Assembly (NCBI GenBank): GCA_040437565.1
Contig: JBDOQK010000019.1
Span: 434,001 to 498,000, forward strand
From: Albugo candida
Lineage: Eukaryota
DNA length: 64,000 nucleotides
Direction of reading: 5' to 3'
Part shown: positions 12,301-23,386 of the stretch, in pieces
Layout of the letters: the number at the start of each line of letters is the position of its first letter
Position numbering within the stretch: position 1 is the stretch's first letter
Notes under the pieces: generated by a model
What the model saw: the letters and a program-made list of their open reading frames with translations, nothing else
Told to the model about the DNA's origin: nothing
Database searches by the model: none
Position numbers and translations under genes: made by a program

Positions 12301-14603
12301 CACACCACACGACTTTGAGCAACTCGTCAATTTGTTTGGCCAGAAAACTGATACTAACGACAATTTCCGCCCGCGTTCTGCACGAAAGCTGCCCATTTCT
12401 GCCTTGGATTCAAGACGTAGCCGAGCCATTTCTATCGGTCTAGCGCAAGTGAAAAGCGGCGGTGAATATACTTCGACCATTTCCGCAATCAAAGAATGTG
12501 ATTTCAAAGTGCTGACTCTCGAGAGATTGATACGCTTGAAGGAAATCACACCCAACGCTGTCGAAATCAAACGATATTCCAACTTTAGAGGAGCTTTAGC
12601 ACGTCTGGAAGAAGCAGAACGATTTTTGGTGAGCATGTGTGCGATACCTCGTGTGCTAGAAAAGGTCCGAACCCAGAGAGAATGCCTTCTATGAACGTTT
12701 TGATCCAATCGTTCGTCAAATGCCAGGTCGAAAGTATGCTGTTTGTTGCTCAGTTTCCATATCAAGCACAAGAGATTCAAAACCGTGTCACTATCTTGAC
12801 CAAAGCTTGCTACCAAATTTTGAACAGCGAACGACTGGCACGATTTTTTGAACTCATACTTGCGACTGGAAACGCGCTGAATCAGGGTACTGACCTCGAA
12901 GACGCACAAGGAGTTACTTTGGCATCTTTGATCAAAGTAAGCTTCCTCTACTCGTCGGATGCCTTCTCGTTATTGATTGTGCATACAGCTTTCAGAGACC
13001 AAATCCATTGACCAGAAAACAACACTGCAGGAATTTCTTGTGAATTTGATTCATGTACACTTTGTATCGTTTTCAGTTGGAATTTCGTCTCATATAAAGT
13101 TGGCTTAGGATCGTGGCGAAGATGACATTCTCAAGTTTATTGATGATCTTGATGCTATTGGTGCCGCAAAACGATACTCACAGCTTCAGTGCGTTTCACA
13201 GCAGCAAGAAATATTACGTGGAATTACAAAGCTGAAAAAAGAGCTTCAAGCCGAACTGATATCCGACAAAGCGCAACATGCCATGGTCCAAAAGCAACGA
13301 TCCGCCCAAAGTGCATCTCTGATAAGAAGCTCAACAGATCAAATAAGTGCTGTCGCGAAATTGAGTCAATCGAAAGCGAACGATAGTGATAACGACAGTC
13401 GCATCAATCCTCAGGCTGCCTTGCTTGCAGCAATACGTCAGCGTAAAGGACCAAATGCTGCTCGCGATGAGGTTGACGTTGTACCATCCGAAGAGATCGC
13501 GTCTGCAAAGCCAAACAGACTCAATCCACATTCGGCTTTATTGGAAAGCATTCGTGATGCTAAAACATCAGTATCGTCTGGGTCGCTCGCAAAAGCTGCG
13601 CAATTGAGCACGGATAAGCCACCGAGAGCAGCGCTTTTAACTTCCATTAAAAACGCGACGAGGTCAAAAGTCGAAAGGAATACAACGAATTCGTTGAGTG
13701 AATCAGACAAGCAACCGATCGCGCCGTATGACGCAGATAAAAATCCTTTTCTGAAAAGTATCGGTACCAAATTATCGGAAATCCAAGCTGTTTACGACGA
13801 TATTGACCTGAAAGTTGAAAGCATGATAACTGCGTGGGAAGCAACAGCCAGATACTTTGGTGAAGCTTCAACAACCTCTTCCGATCACGTCTTTCTTCTT
13901 CTTAATCGGTTGATACTGGATATGAGGACAACACAACTCAAAAGGCATCGCCAAAGGATTCATCATCCCACCTTTCCAGCAAGTCTTGGTACGTTCTCCT
14001 TGACTGTTATGAGTGCATTATCTGAGTCTTTTTCGTATCGTAGAAGTTGGACATCAGATTGTGACAAAATACGGTGCTGGAGTAGTGTTGACGATACGCC
14101 GCTTGGAACGCAAGATAGAAGTTCGCTTTCCCTGGAGCCAAGAATGCTTCTTGCAGCCAAGTGCACTGCTTGGAATTGGAGATCGTGTTTGGTGCAAACT
14201 GTTTGGTATTGGATTCATCCGCGAAACGCTTTATTCAAAAGGATTTTGCTGTGTTCGAGTTCCTTTCGGCTTTGGATTCATTCGGACCAGTGACATCAGT
14301 TACCATTGGAATAATATGCTTCATCAGAAACAATGGGATTTATTGACATCTCATGAGCTTACGCGTCACTCCAACTTCTTTCCGGGTGACCTTGTCCGCA
14401 CTCCTTTTGGAATCGGTACAGTGCGTTCTATTTCACAAAGGAGAAGAATGTACGCGCCAAAGAATAGCTCAAATGGATGTGAATATGTCGTGAGATTCGA
14501 TGTATTGGAATCTCATGAGCGAGAATGGTCGGAGAGTCTTTCAAGTCCGCAAGGATACTGTTTGTCGACTGGATTGACGTTGCAATACACTATCCAATTA
14601 TAA
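9398..14603 (+). CDS. Multidomain formin: RUN, GOLD-like, FYVE, FH2, WH2-like motifs, C-terminal beta repeats (multi-exon; start uncertain)
   Basis: RUN-like LSLEAILLDG..ARCFLFGALN..YRQDALL; FYVE-like CALC..CPSCHQIVCVECS..RVCDRC; FH2 ALDSRRSRAISI, EAERFL, FFELILATGNALNQG, LIKLSETKS, YFGE. Confidence 0.8.
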
Positions 14604-14784
14604 AGGGCATTTTGAGGCAAAAGAGAGACTGTTTTTATGTATACCGGTGCATCCACTCGATATATAAACACACGAAATGCTAAAGGGTGTAGATAGCGCG
14701 CTGCGCATCAGTTTTGACGGCGAAAAGCAGCAGGCATTAGAGCCTTTAGCGATCATAAGCACAGATATGAGATTTGTATTTTAT

Positions 14785-14847
14785 CCAATCGTAGCTTGGT
14801 ATTGCAAGTTCCACCAATCACAAGGTTTGGATTTGAATGCCGCCAAT
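14785..14847 (+). promoter_or_regulatory. Three CCAAT boxes upstream of histone H2B
   Basis: CCAATC at 14785, 14814 and 14843, an exact 29-bp spacing. Confidence 0.6.
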
Positions 14848-14935
14848 CTAATTACAGCAGCGTTCCTTAACTTACCTGGCAACTTTACGCGATAAACACA
14901 ATTATTAACGCCACTCACTTTTATATTTTATCACA

Positions 14936-15298
14936 ATGGCAAAGATCCCAAGCAAAAAGGCAGCAAAAGTATCGGCTGAAGGCGAGACAAAGAAGGCAAA
15001 AGGAGGAAAAGGAAAGAAACGTGTAGAATCATATGGGACGTACATTTACAAGGTGCTGCGCCAAGTGCACCCAGAAGTTGGAATTTCAAGACGCGCAATG
15101 TCCATCATGAACTCTTTTATCAACGATATTTTTGAACGAATTGCCACTGAAGCAGGAAAATTGTCACGAACTAACCAGAAGGCTACTCTTTCGAGTCGTG
15201 AAATCCAAACATCCGTACGACTTATGCTGCCAGGTGAATTGGCCAAACACGCCGTCTCTGAAGGAACCAAAGCAGTCACCAAATTCACAACAGCATGA
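14936..15298 (+). CDS. H2B: Histone H2B
   Basis: Intronless 120 aa; [62 protein letters not shown]. Confidence 0.99.
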   Translation: MAKIPSKKAAKVSAEGETKKAKGGKGKKRVESYGTYIYKVLRQVHPEVGISRRAMSIMNSFINDIFERIATEAGKLSRTNQKATLSSREIQTSVRLMLPGELAKHAVSEGTKAVTKFTTA

Positions 15299-15534
15299 TT
15301 TCCGATCAGTCTGTTTTGTCGGTGAATGTTTACAATAAAGAACGATTCAACGCATTATTTCGCAAATTTACCGTTTTGTGAGTAATGGCAGAGGATTTAT
15401 TAGCGCACTGATCAACTGAGTATATTTCTAGTTGTATTCACACAAATTCTTCCTAATATTTGCATAAAAAACATTTTTGCTTTACGCATTTAAATTTTTT
15501 GTTGTTTGTTCATTTGCTCCATCATCCTCACGCT

Positions 15535-16605
15535 CTAAAGTGGTTCGCCTGAACGTAATTCAAATCCTGACGAATGACTCTCACTAACGCACGATCGCTC
15601 GGATTGTAGAAAGTGGGTTCCTCGTTCTAATAATTGCTGCTGTAACTGCGGGTCCTTGAGTATCGGAATAAATCGCGATAAAATCCATCGACATTGAGAA
15701 TGTGTAAAGTCTCGGTATAAATACTGCTCATAAAACTTGGAGACATCTTTGCTCATCTTCAGCTGACGGACTTCTTTTCGAAACTGCTTGAAAACGGTCA
15801 CAGATAATCGCTTTGTGAGATATTCTTGCAACTCTGCCTTCAATTTGCTCCGTGTCTTGTAACATGCACATTTCAGACCCACGCACTGTCCTTTTTCTAA
15901 CGATTTTCCAAGACACATTATCTTCTCTACTTTCTTCCCGCGTCCACACTTTGAGGAAGTATACGATATACTAGATCGATGAACGGATGGATAGATGCGG
16001 TAACATCTCATATGCGTATCGGCCTCGATGAATTCGCCCAAAATGTGTGATCCATACCCGGAATGAAAATCTGCCACATTCGTGAACGTCAAAATCCGCT
16101 GAAGATAATGATCTAGGTCTTTACGTCGTCGGTGGAGAAATCGTATGGTCTTATCTTGTCTCAGGAACACATGAACGTGACGAATAGGGGCAAATAATAC
16201 CGTCACCATCATCTTGGAGTATGACGACTTTGACTTCCGCATTTCTGCATCAAATGTTTCAAACTCTTCATACGAGCGCCAAATACTCCACTCATGTACT
16301 AACTGCTTGCTATCCGACTGATTCGCACTTTTACCGCTTTTATATGTCTCCAAAGGCTGCTTATACTGACAGTAGATCTCATACTACACCAAGAAGGCTT
16401 AGAACAAGCTTACAATACAAGAATGAATGTGACGTACCGTGGCTGGCGTTAGCTCATCTTTTCCTCTTCGTGCACTTCTTACCGTAACTGTAAGAGGAAT
16501 CGGCTGAGGAAGTTCGAGCATCATCTACAAAGCGAAAGAACCAATGCGTTGACCTTTGTCAACTTTGTCGGTCAGAGTCATAGAGTAACCCCAATCCTTC
16601 CCCAT
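15535..16605 (-). CDS. PX (phox) domain protein; main exon 15535-16353, 5' exons approximate
   Basis: WSIWRSYEEFETFDAEM and RRKDLDHYLQRIL..LGEFI fit the PX consensus. Confidence 0.7.
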
Positions 16606-16714
16606 GCCTTTTCTATGTGATGACGCATTTCGACATCATTACTAACTGCAGCTGAATATAAAGTTAACAGATACGAATGTTTGTACTGCATAGTAATATG
16701 TAAGCAATCTCTAC

Positions 16715-19700
16715 TTAAGGAGACGATTTATTCGCAATTGCGTGGTCAATCTTTGCAATCAGTTTTTCAAAATCATTTCGATCAAGCGATGCGCCGATGC
16801 CATTTGCAATTAGGCTCACAATATGGCGCTTGCTGTAATGTTCCTATCGTACGAAAAGAATCAATAAAGTTTCCTGGAAGCAAGTCGCGATGCCTTACTT
16901 TATGCTCGCGAATCCACTGAATCAAGTCTTGTTCGAAGAAGAAAAACGCTTTTATATAATCGTTGATGTATACGCGAGCATATTTGGAAAGCCTTTGTTC
17001 CACGTGATGCACTAAATCAAGCCCTTTCAATAGCGCTTGTAGATCCATCATCATCAAGGCTCGTCCTTGTAATGTGCACTTTGTAGCCTGTGAGAATCCA
17101 TCCAAAAGCGTTTGAAACACAAATTGGACGAGATGCGACCAAATCTGATCACGTGTGTACGATGGAAGTGCGCCATCTCCAACCACCTGCAGGCCACCAA
17201 ATATTTCCCCACATCTTCTGACAATCTCAACAATGTAAGCGTTTGACTGTTTTGTAACAAAGGATAGATCCCAGTTGACATTCTTGATGGCTTCCAGAAT
17301 GCGCACATCTTGACATAGTTTATGAATGGTGATGATGTACAAGTAATCGCGTAATTGACTTGATGCCTGCTCATTCCGTGAATAGATTTCCCGGCAAATG
17401 GTCGAGTGCCGGGTGCCCAAATACGATCCAATCCAGGGCTCCATGGTTTGTAACATTTTCAGCTGACTCCTTAAACCCTCGATCGCTACGGACTTTTCTG
17501 CAATGGCAAACATGTTGTTCTCATTTGCATGCTCCATACACACTGGTGCGCAAGCCAAGAGGTGGAAGACAAGCGGGACTCGCTGATTGTTGTAACACTT
17601 TTCAGTTCGATTTTGGACCAACTTAAGTGGGATTGAAACAGTACAAAAAACCTTCTCTTCAAATGAGTCATTTTTTCCGAGGCGGTAAACCATTTGACGT
17701 AAATGGCAAACTTGGTCTGAAAAAGTTCGATGATCGAATAGGGTCTTCACATTATCAGGAGAGCTGAATGCTGTGAAAACATACAGAAACTGAAGCTCAA
17801 ATAGCTTGTTGAGATGGAGAAATGCGTCCCAAGCAATCTGAGGTAATTTCTCCATTATTTTCAGATAGATTCCAAATAATCTAACAGCACGATGAAATGA
17901 GTGGAAAGCCCAAGCTGATCCGAACACGCATTACCGGCAGAATCCTGATAAAGTGGAAGTGTTGAGAATAAATTCTTCGTGCTGTATATTTTGGTGTTTC
18001 ACTTCAACCGGTGATGCACAATCCATTATTTTGGCTGACGAAAGATCGATATCAGTCGATACATCATCGCAAATATCCAATGAAGATGCTGAAATCATTG
18101 AATGGAACGGATTTCCGTACTTGTGGAATGAAGGAAGAACATGACGTTCATGTATCGCATTACTTGTTGGAGCATGTGACATATCGTAAGGGTGTAGACG
18201 CAAGTGACTTCGCTGCTCAATGAGATGATGTAGCCATTCTTCCGACCCAGGAATCGTCAGATCTGACGTTCCGATTTGTGTAAACTCGCAATCTACTTTT
18301 CGCCAGCTTTCAGTGTCGAGAAGCATCCGCATAAGCTCAATATTTTCTGCATGTAAACTGGAGAGATATTGCTCACACTTGAGGTGTACTATCGAACGAA
18401 GTCTATATCACAATGAGTGTAAACTCAGAATTGTAACAATGTACTTGATAGTCCTACCGTGCACACGGTACACCTGTGAATTCTTCTCCGATTTCAAGAA
18501 ACTTTGTTGTGCATTCAGCAATCACAACGATCTGTGCAAGCGTGTACTTGCTATGTATATACAAGTAATCCAAGTATTCTCCCATCATCTGCTGCATAAA
18601 TTCCCAAACAACCTTCCTGTATCGAAGCAACTCCATCCCTATTTCGCATAATTTTTGGTTGTAACAGGCTCCGCTCGATGTTGCCGTGGTAAGTCTTTCT
18701 TGGAGAGAATACGTGTGTTGAGATCCGTTACTTATCCGACGTCCTTGCTCCTTTTCCTCGCTATGAACTGTATCCTCGACAGTTTCGTGATCCTCATCAT
18801 CATCGTCGTCATCATCATCTTCCATACCACATCGATGCAAATATTCCATGCTATCATTTCTCGGATTGAAAGGATCACGATGCCACTGAACTAACAGGTA
18901 ATATGAGTAAATCAAATTCGTCAGTTGCTCATACGCGTTGACCAGCTTTGATACAGTAGAAGCTGTTGTCGGATCAGTTCTCTCAAAGCCAGGTCGTAAG
19001 CCATACTCATCACTGCCCAATTGTGGGTGTGTTTTTGTTTCGTATTTTGTCGCTAATGATGCAGTATCCTTTGACTGCTCATGTCGTAAGCTCTGCCACA
19101 AAAGGTTCATCTCCTTTTTGGTGATCATGTGAATCCAACGAATGAGTGATTCTGGTATACTGGACAGAATCTCACACAAGCTCTCACTTGTGAAATCCAA
19201 ACCAAGATCTTCTGCATGATCTGCCAATGTTATGTAACCTTGTAATAGCTCACGGTATGTACGGGGTTCAAAAGCCTCTGCTGTTTTTCCGAGAGACTAT
19301 GACATTCACAATCAGCTGTGGCTTGAACGCAGCAGAGAGGATGCTTTAGCGTACCAGCTCAAATTGTTCTTTCAGGACCGACACAAAGTCATGGGTCCGA
19401 TTATTCAAGTTACTCAAAATCGAAACATTCTGAAGATGATCTCTTGCCAATGTATCACGTAGATCGAAGCAAATTTCCACCTAAAAATACCACAGGACAA
19501 GTCAGCGAATATCGTGAGCACATTGCGCAAGCTAACCGCAGCCATGAATTGACTCTTTGCCAAAGCTTCTCTCATTAGCGTTTCCTTCTCGAAGCAGTTT
19601 CTTATCTCTTGTACGTATGCAAATATCTGCATAATGATACAGCTGATGCAGTAACACCACTCATCATCGAAGCGACATCTTCATACCTCTTCCATCCTGT

Positions 19701-20180
19701 TCCGTTTTTGTCTAATGCGGATACTGCGCAGCATGCTGACGATACATTTCTCATTCGCGGAGGCAAGTAATCTTCGCCCGTTTTTCACATGAATTAGAGT
19801 TTGAAGAACTTCGATATCTACCTTTTGAACCAAAGTCATCCCTTCGATAAGAGAAGCAGAGTTTTGATGCACTTGTTGGGCCAATTTCTTTCGTATGACA
19901 TCTTTTGCGTCATCCACTGCACATAGTTCCACTACAAAAAATTCATCCAATCGAGTTCTACTTTGGGGTACTCTTTCCTGTAGCACGTCCATTTAGTCAA
20001 ATAAATCTGCTCAGAAATATAGTTCATTACGAGTGTATACTGAATGGGATCAAATGATTGAGTGTAATATCGTGGATCCAGATCTTGAAGAACATCTTTT
20101 GTGATCTGCGGAACAAGGATAGACGCCGAGTTTGGGTCGTATCCCGTTCGGTGTACTGCGTCCACTGTGATCGTATCCAT
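16715..20180 (-). CDS. VPS50: Syndetin / VPS50 (CCDC132), EARP complex subunit, multi-exon
   Basis: N-terminal Vps54_N-like LDPRYYTQSFDP, LIHVKNGRRLL; C-terminal LLDGFSQATKCTLQGRALMMMDLQ, YINDYIKAFF, WIREH. Confidence 0.88.
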
Positions 20181-21352
20181 TCATCAACTTGAAGCTGATA
20201 GCGATACTTAAATGAGTATGCCTTACTTAACGAGAATTGTTTATATTTGAAAAACTTTGCGACATCGACTTTTAGCATGAAATTCGATTTTTGAACGGCT
20301 TATCGATGACTTGATTATTTTCTATTCAACATGACGAAGTTTGTCGTCACAACTAATATATCTTGATTGTGCAATAAGATACTCTACTTGGGTGTGTTAG
20401 CTCATCTTAACAAGGTTCCGTGTACCCGTGAGTTTCAAGAGTTTATTGGAGCTACTTTACAATAATGCATCGTAGACTTGTCAATAGTTCCTCGTGATTT
20501 TCTGAAGTGTTGATCGCAGTAAAAGGATCGTCAAATCTATCATCTGGCATCTGGCATCCGGCTGATATGCTGCATGAGTTGTTTATCCCGAGGCATCCTT
20601 GGCGATGGAATCGCCTTTTTTATAAATGCTTTGACAGATTACCTACAAAGCACCCGAATGATACAGACAGTGAGCTTTTACGTTCTCTCTGCGAGCCTGA
20701 ACGAATATATCGCATGTGGTATTGCTTATCCACATTGAAACATCCGATAATGGCTATTTTGCCTTTGCTGTGATTCAAATTGGCATCTGGCACGAAAAGG
20801 GAGAAGAATATTGACGATTTCATACCAATCATCTGTATATCTTCAACCCTTTATTTAATGTATCAGCAAGACAACGCTAGTATTCACGTATCTCATAGTA
20901 GCAAAAAGTTTCTGATAAAAGACCTACCATGTACGCATGGTCGCGTGATGATGCACATCAACTACGAATACAGTCTTTCAACCGTCCTTTCTGAAAACAT
21001 CAGTTTTGATAAAGTCGAAGCAAAAGCGTAATATTACGTTGGCTTTATAGTAAAGTTCATCAATTAGACGATATAGTCTTCCCTTCAACTTCATATAGAC
21101 AGATTGATTCCTTTGTACAATGCGACTCGAATTGACGGGCGAACAGACAACTTCTCTTTCATATCAATTTCGCTTGAATGTTGAATGATGAACATTGTAG
21201 CTGAAGTATTTGAAAGCTAAGACGCCTAATATCCCATGTTAGCTGACGGAGGCATTTTCGTGCATTACGTTGCCCAATTTGACCATGCTAAAAATATAAT
21301 ATGTCCATGAAGTAGACCTTAATAACTGAAATACTGATTTGCAGCATTAGTC

Positions 21353-22090
21353 ATGGAGAAAAGTGACTGGTTTTATCTGAATGTTCGTCGACTGGGCTTG
21401 ATTTCTGCTTGCAGCATTATTATATCATTAGCTCTCCATGTCGTCTTACTCGTCCGTGTTCGTATACACCCTGGAAAATCAAAGTCGCAAACAAAGACTG
21501 AGAACACAACAGATGCTTTAATTGTTCGATATCATTTTCGCTGCATCCAGATTTTCACAGCAACTCTGCAAATTCTTCAGCTATATTTAATGGGGATCCT
21601 GCTTCCTCAATCCACATTATTTGGTCCAACGTACTACCTGTCTCTAAGCCGACCGATATTTAACATAGTCATCTCGGGTGTGCTCAACAACGTACACAAA
21701 AACACATTTTATCGGGTGGTCAGTATCCTATTTTGCTGTCAAATCACAGTAATTGGCCTCCTTTCAGACCTGTCGTTAAGCCTGATTACTGAGTGTGTCA
21801 GTAGCAAAGGATCCACATGTTCTCGTGCTTTGGATACCGTCTTGCTTGATTCTGTTACACTGTCCCATTTGCGGCTGCATGATACCGGGTCAGTATTCCT
21901 CAGCATTTGGCTCACATTCGAAATTGCTCTAATTTGCATTTTATGCCCATCGTTCCGATTCAACGCCAATAAACCACACACTTTGATCATGAAATGTCAA
22001 TGGAGCAGAAAAATCTCATCCACTCATCCAGCTCACAATGTCGTAGAGACGACGATTGATGTTCCTCTTGGACAATGTACCTTGAGCTAA
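21353..22090 (+). CDS. Hypothetical multipass membrane protein (245 aa)
   Basis: ATG-initiated open ORF with about 4-5 hydrophobic segments. Confidence 0.6.
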   Translation: MEKSDWFYLNVRRLGLISACSIIISLALHVVLLVRVRIHPGKSKSQTKTENTTDALIVRYHFRCIQIFTATLQILQLYLMGILLPQSTLFGPTYYLSLSRPIFNIVISGVLNNVHKNTFYRVVSILFCCQITVIGLLSDLSLSLITECVSSKGSTCSRALDTVLLDSVTLSHLRLHDTGSVFLSIWLTFEIALICILCPSFRFNANKPHTLIMKCQWSRKISSTHPAHNVVETTIDVPLGQCTLS

Positions 22091-22622
22091 TCAAAAGTAA
22101 GATGACTTGTGAGAGTCGTAGTTTGAACGAGATGAACAGAGAATGGTGACTAAGAAGAGAATAATTACGCATGCATTGCTATTTGCTCTGCGTTTGCCTA
22201 TATTAAACTACATTGTATTTGTCGGTGTCGAGCTGTACTTCTTGAAAGAAAAGTTGTCGTCCTTGGACTATCGGTATAAATGCTACCAGCCATGTGCTAT
22301 ATATCAAGTTATCAGTCACTTGAATGACTATAACCGCAAAATACTACATCTAGTAGTCCTGTAATGAAAAAAAGCAAAATTCTACGGAGTATGCAAGGAT
22401 AGAATGGTAAACTACACGTATAGCACAATCACTTATATTAATTACAATTAGGTGTTGACACTTGAATCACTAGCAACTAAACAGCTACTTCATACATCCA
22501 CAATCTTCAAGCTTCGTTTGTANNNNNNNNNNNNNNNNNNNNNNNNNNNNNNNNNNNNNNNNNNNNNNNNNNNNNNNNNNNNNNNNNNNNNNNNNNNNNN
22601 NNNNNNNNNNNNNNNNNNNNNN

Positions 22623-23385
22623 AATGACGTAATGGGGTCATTGCATGGATGCATCTGATATCCATGGAATTTAGAGTAATGACGTAATGGGGTCATGCAT
22701 CTGATATCCATAGAATCTCGAACAATGACGTAATGGGGTCATTGCATGGATGCATCTGATATCCATGGAATTTAGAGTAATGACGTAATGGGGTCATGCA
22801 TCTGATATCCATAGAATCTCGAACAATGACGTAATGGGGTCATTGCATGGATGCATCTGATATCCATGGAATTTAGAGTAATGACGTAATGGGGTCATGC
22901 ATCTGATATCCATAGAATCTCGAACAATGACGTAATGGGGTCATTGCATGGATGCATCTGATATCCATGGAATTTAGAGTAATGACGTAATGGGGTCATG
23001 CATCTGATATCCATAGAATCTCGAACAATGACGTAATGGGGTCATTGCATGGATGCATCTGATATCCATGGAATTTAGAGTAATGACGTAATGGGGTCAT
23101 GCATCTGATATCCATAGAATCTCGAACAATGACGTAATGGGGTCATTGCATGGATGCATCTGATATCCATGGAATTTAGAGTAATGACGTAATGGGGTCA
23201 TGCATCTGATATCCATAGAATCTCGAACAATGACGTAATGGGGTCATTGCATGGATGCATCTGATATCCATGGAATTTAGAGTAATGACGTAATGGGGTC
23301 ATGCATCTGATATCCATAGAATCTCGAACAATGACGTAATGGGGTCATTGCATGGATGCATCTGATGTCCATGGAACCTCGCTGC
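22623..23385. repeat. Tandem array with 101-bp higher-order unit (55-bp + 46-bp monomers), 7 full units plus one terminal monomer, truncated by gap
   Basis: Units start at 22623, 22724, 22825, 22926, 23027, 23128, 23229, 23330; every monomer begins AATGACGTAATGGGGTCAT. Confidence 0.97.
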
Positions 23386-23386
23386 A

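Noticed and set aside
22623-23385. CRISPR array (palindromic repeats at regular spacing)
   Set aside because: Intervening sequences are not unique spacers but strictly alternate between two variants; no cas genes; eukaryotic context
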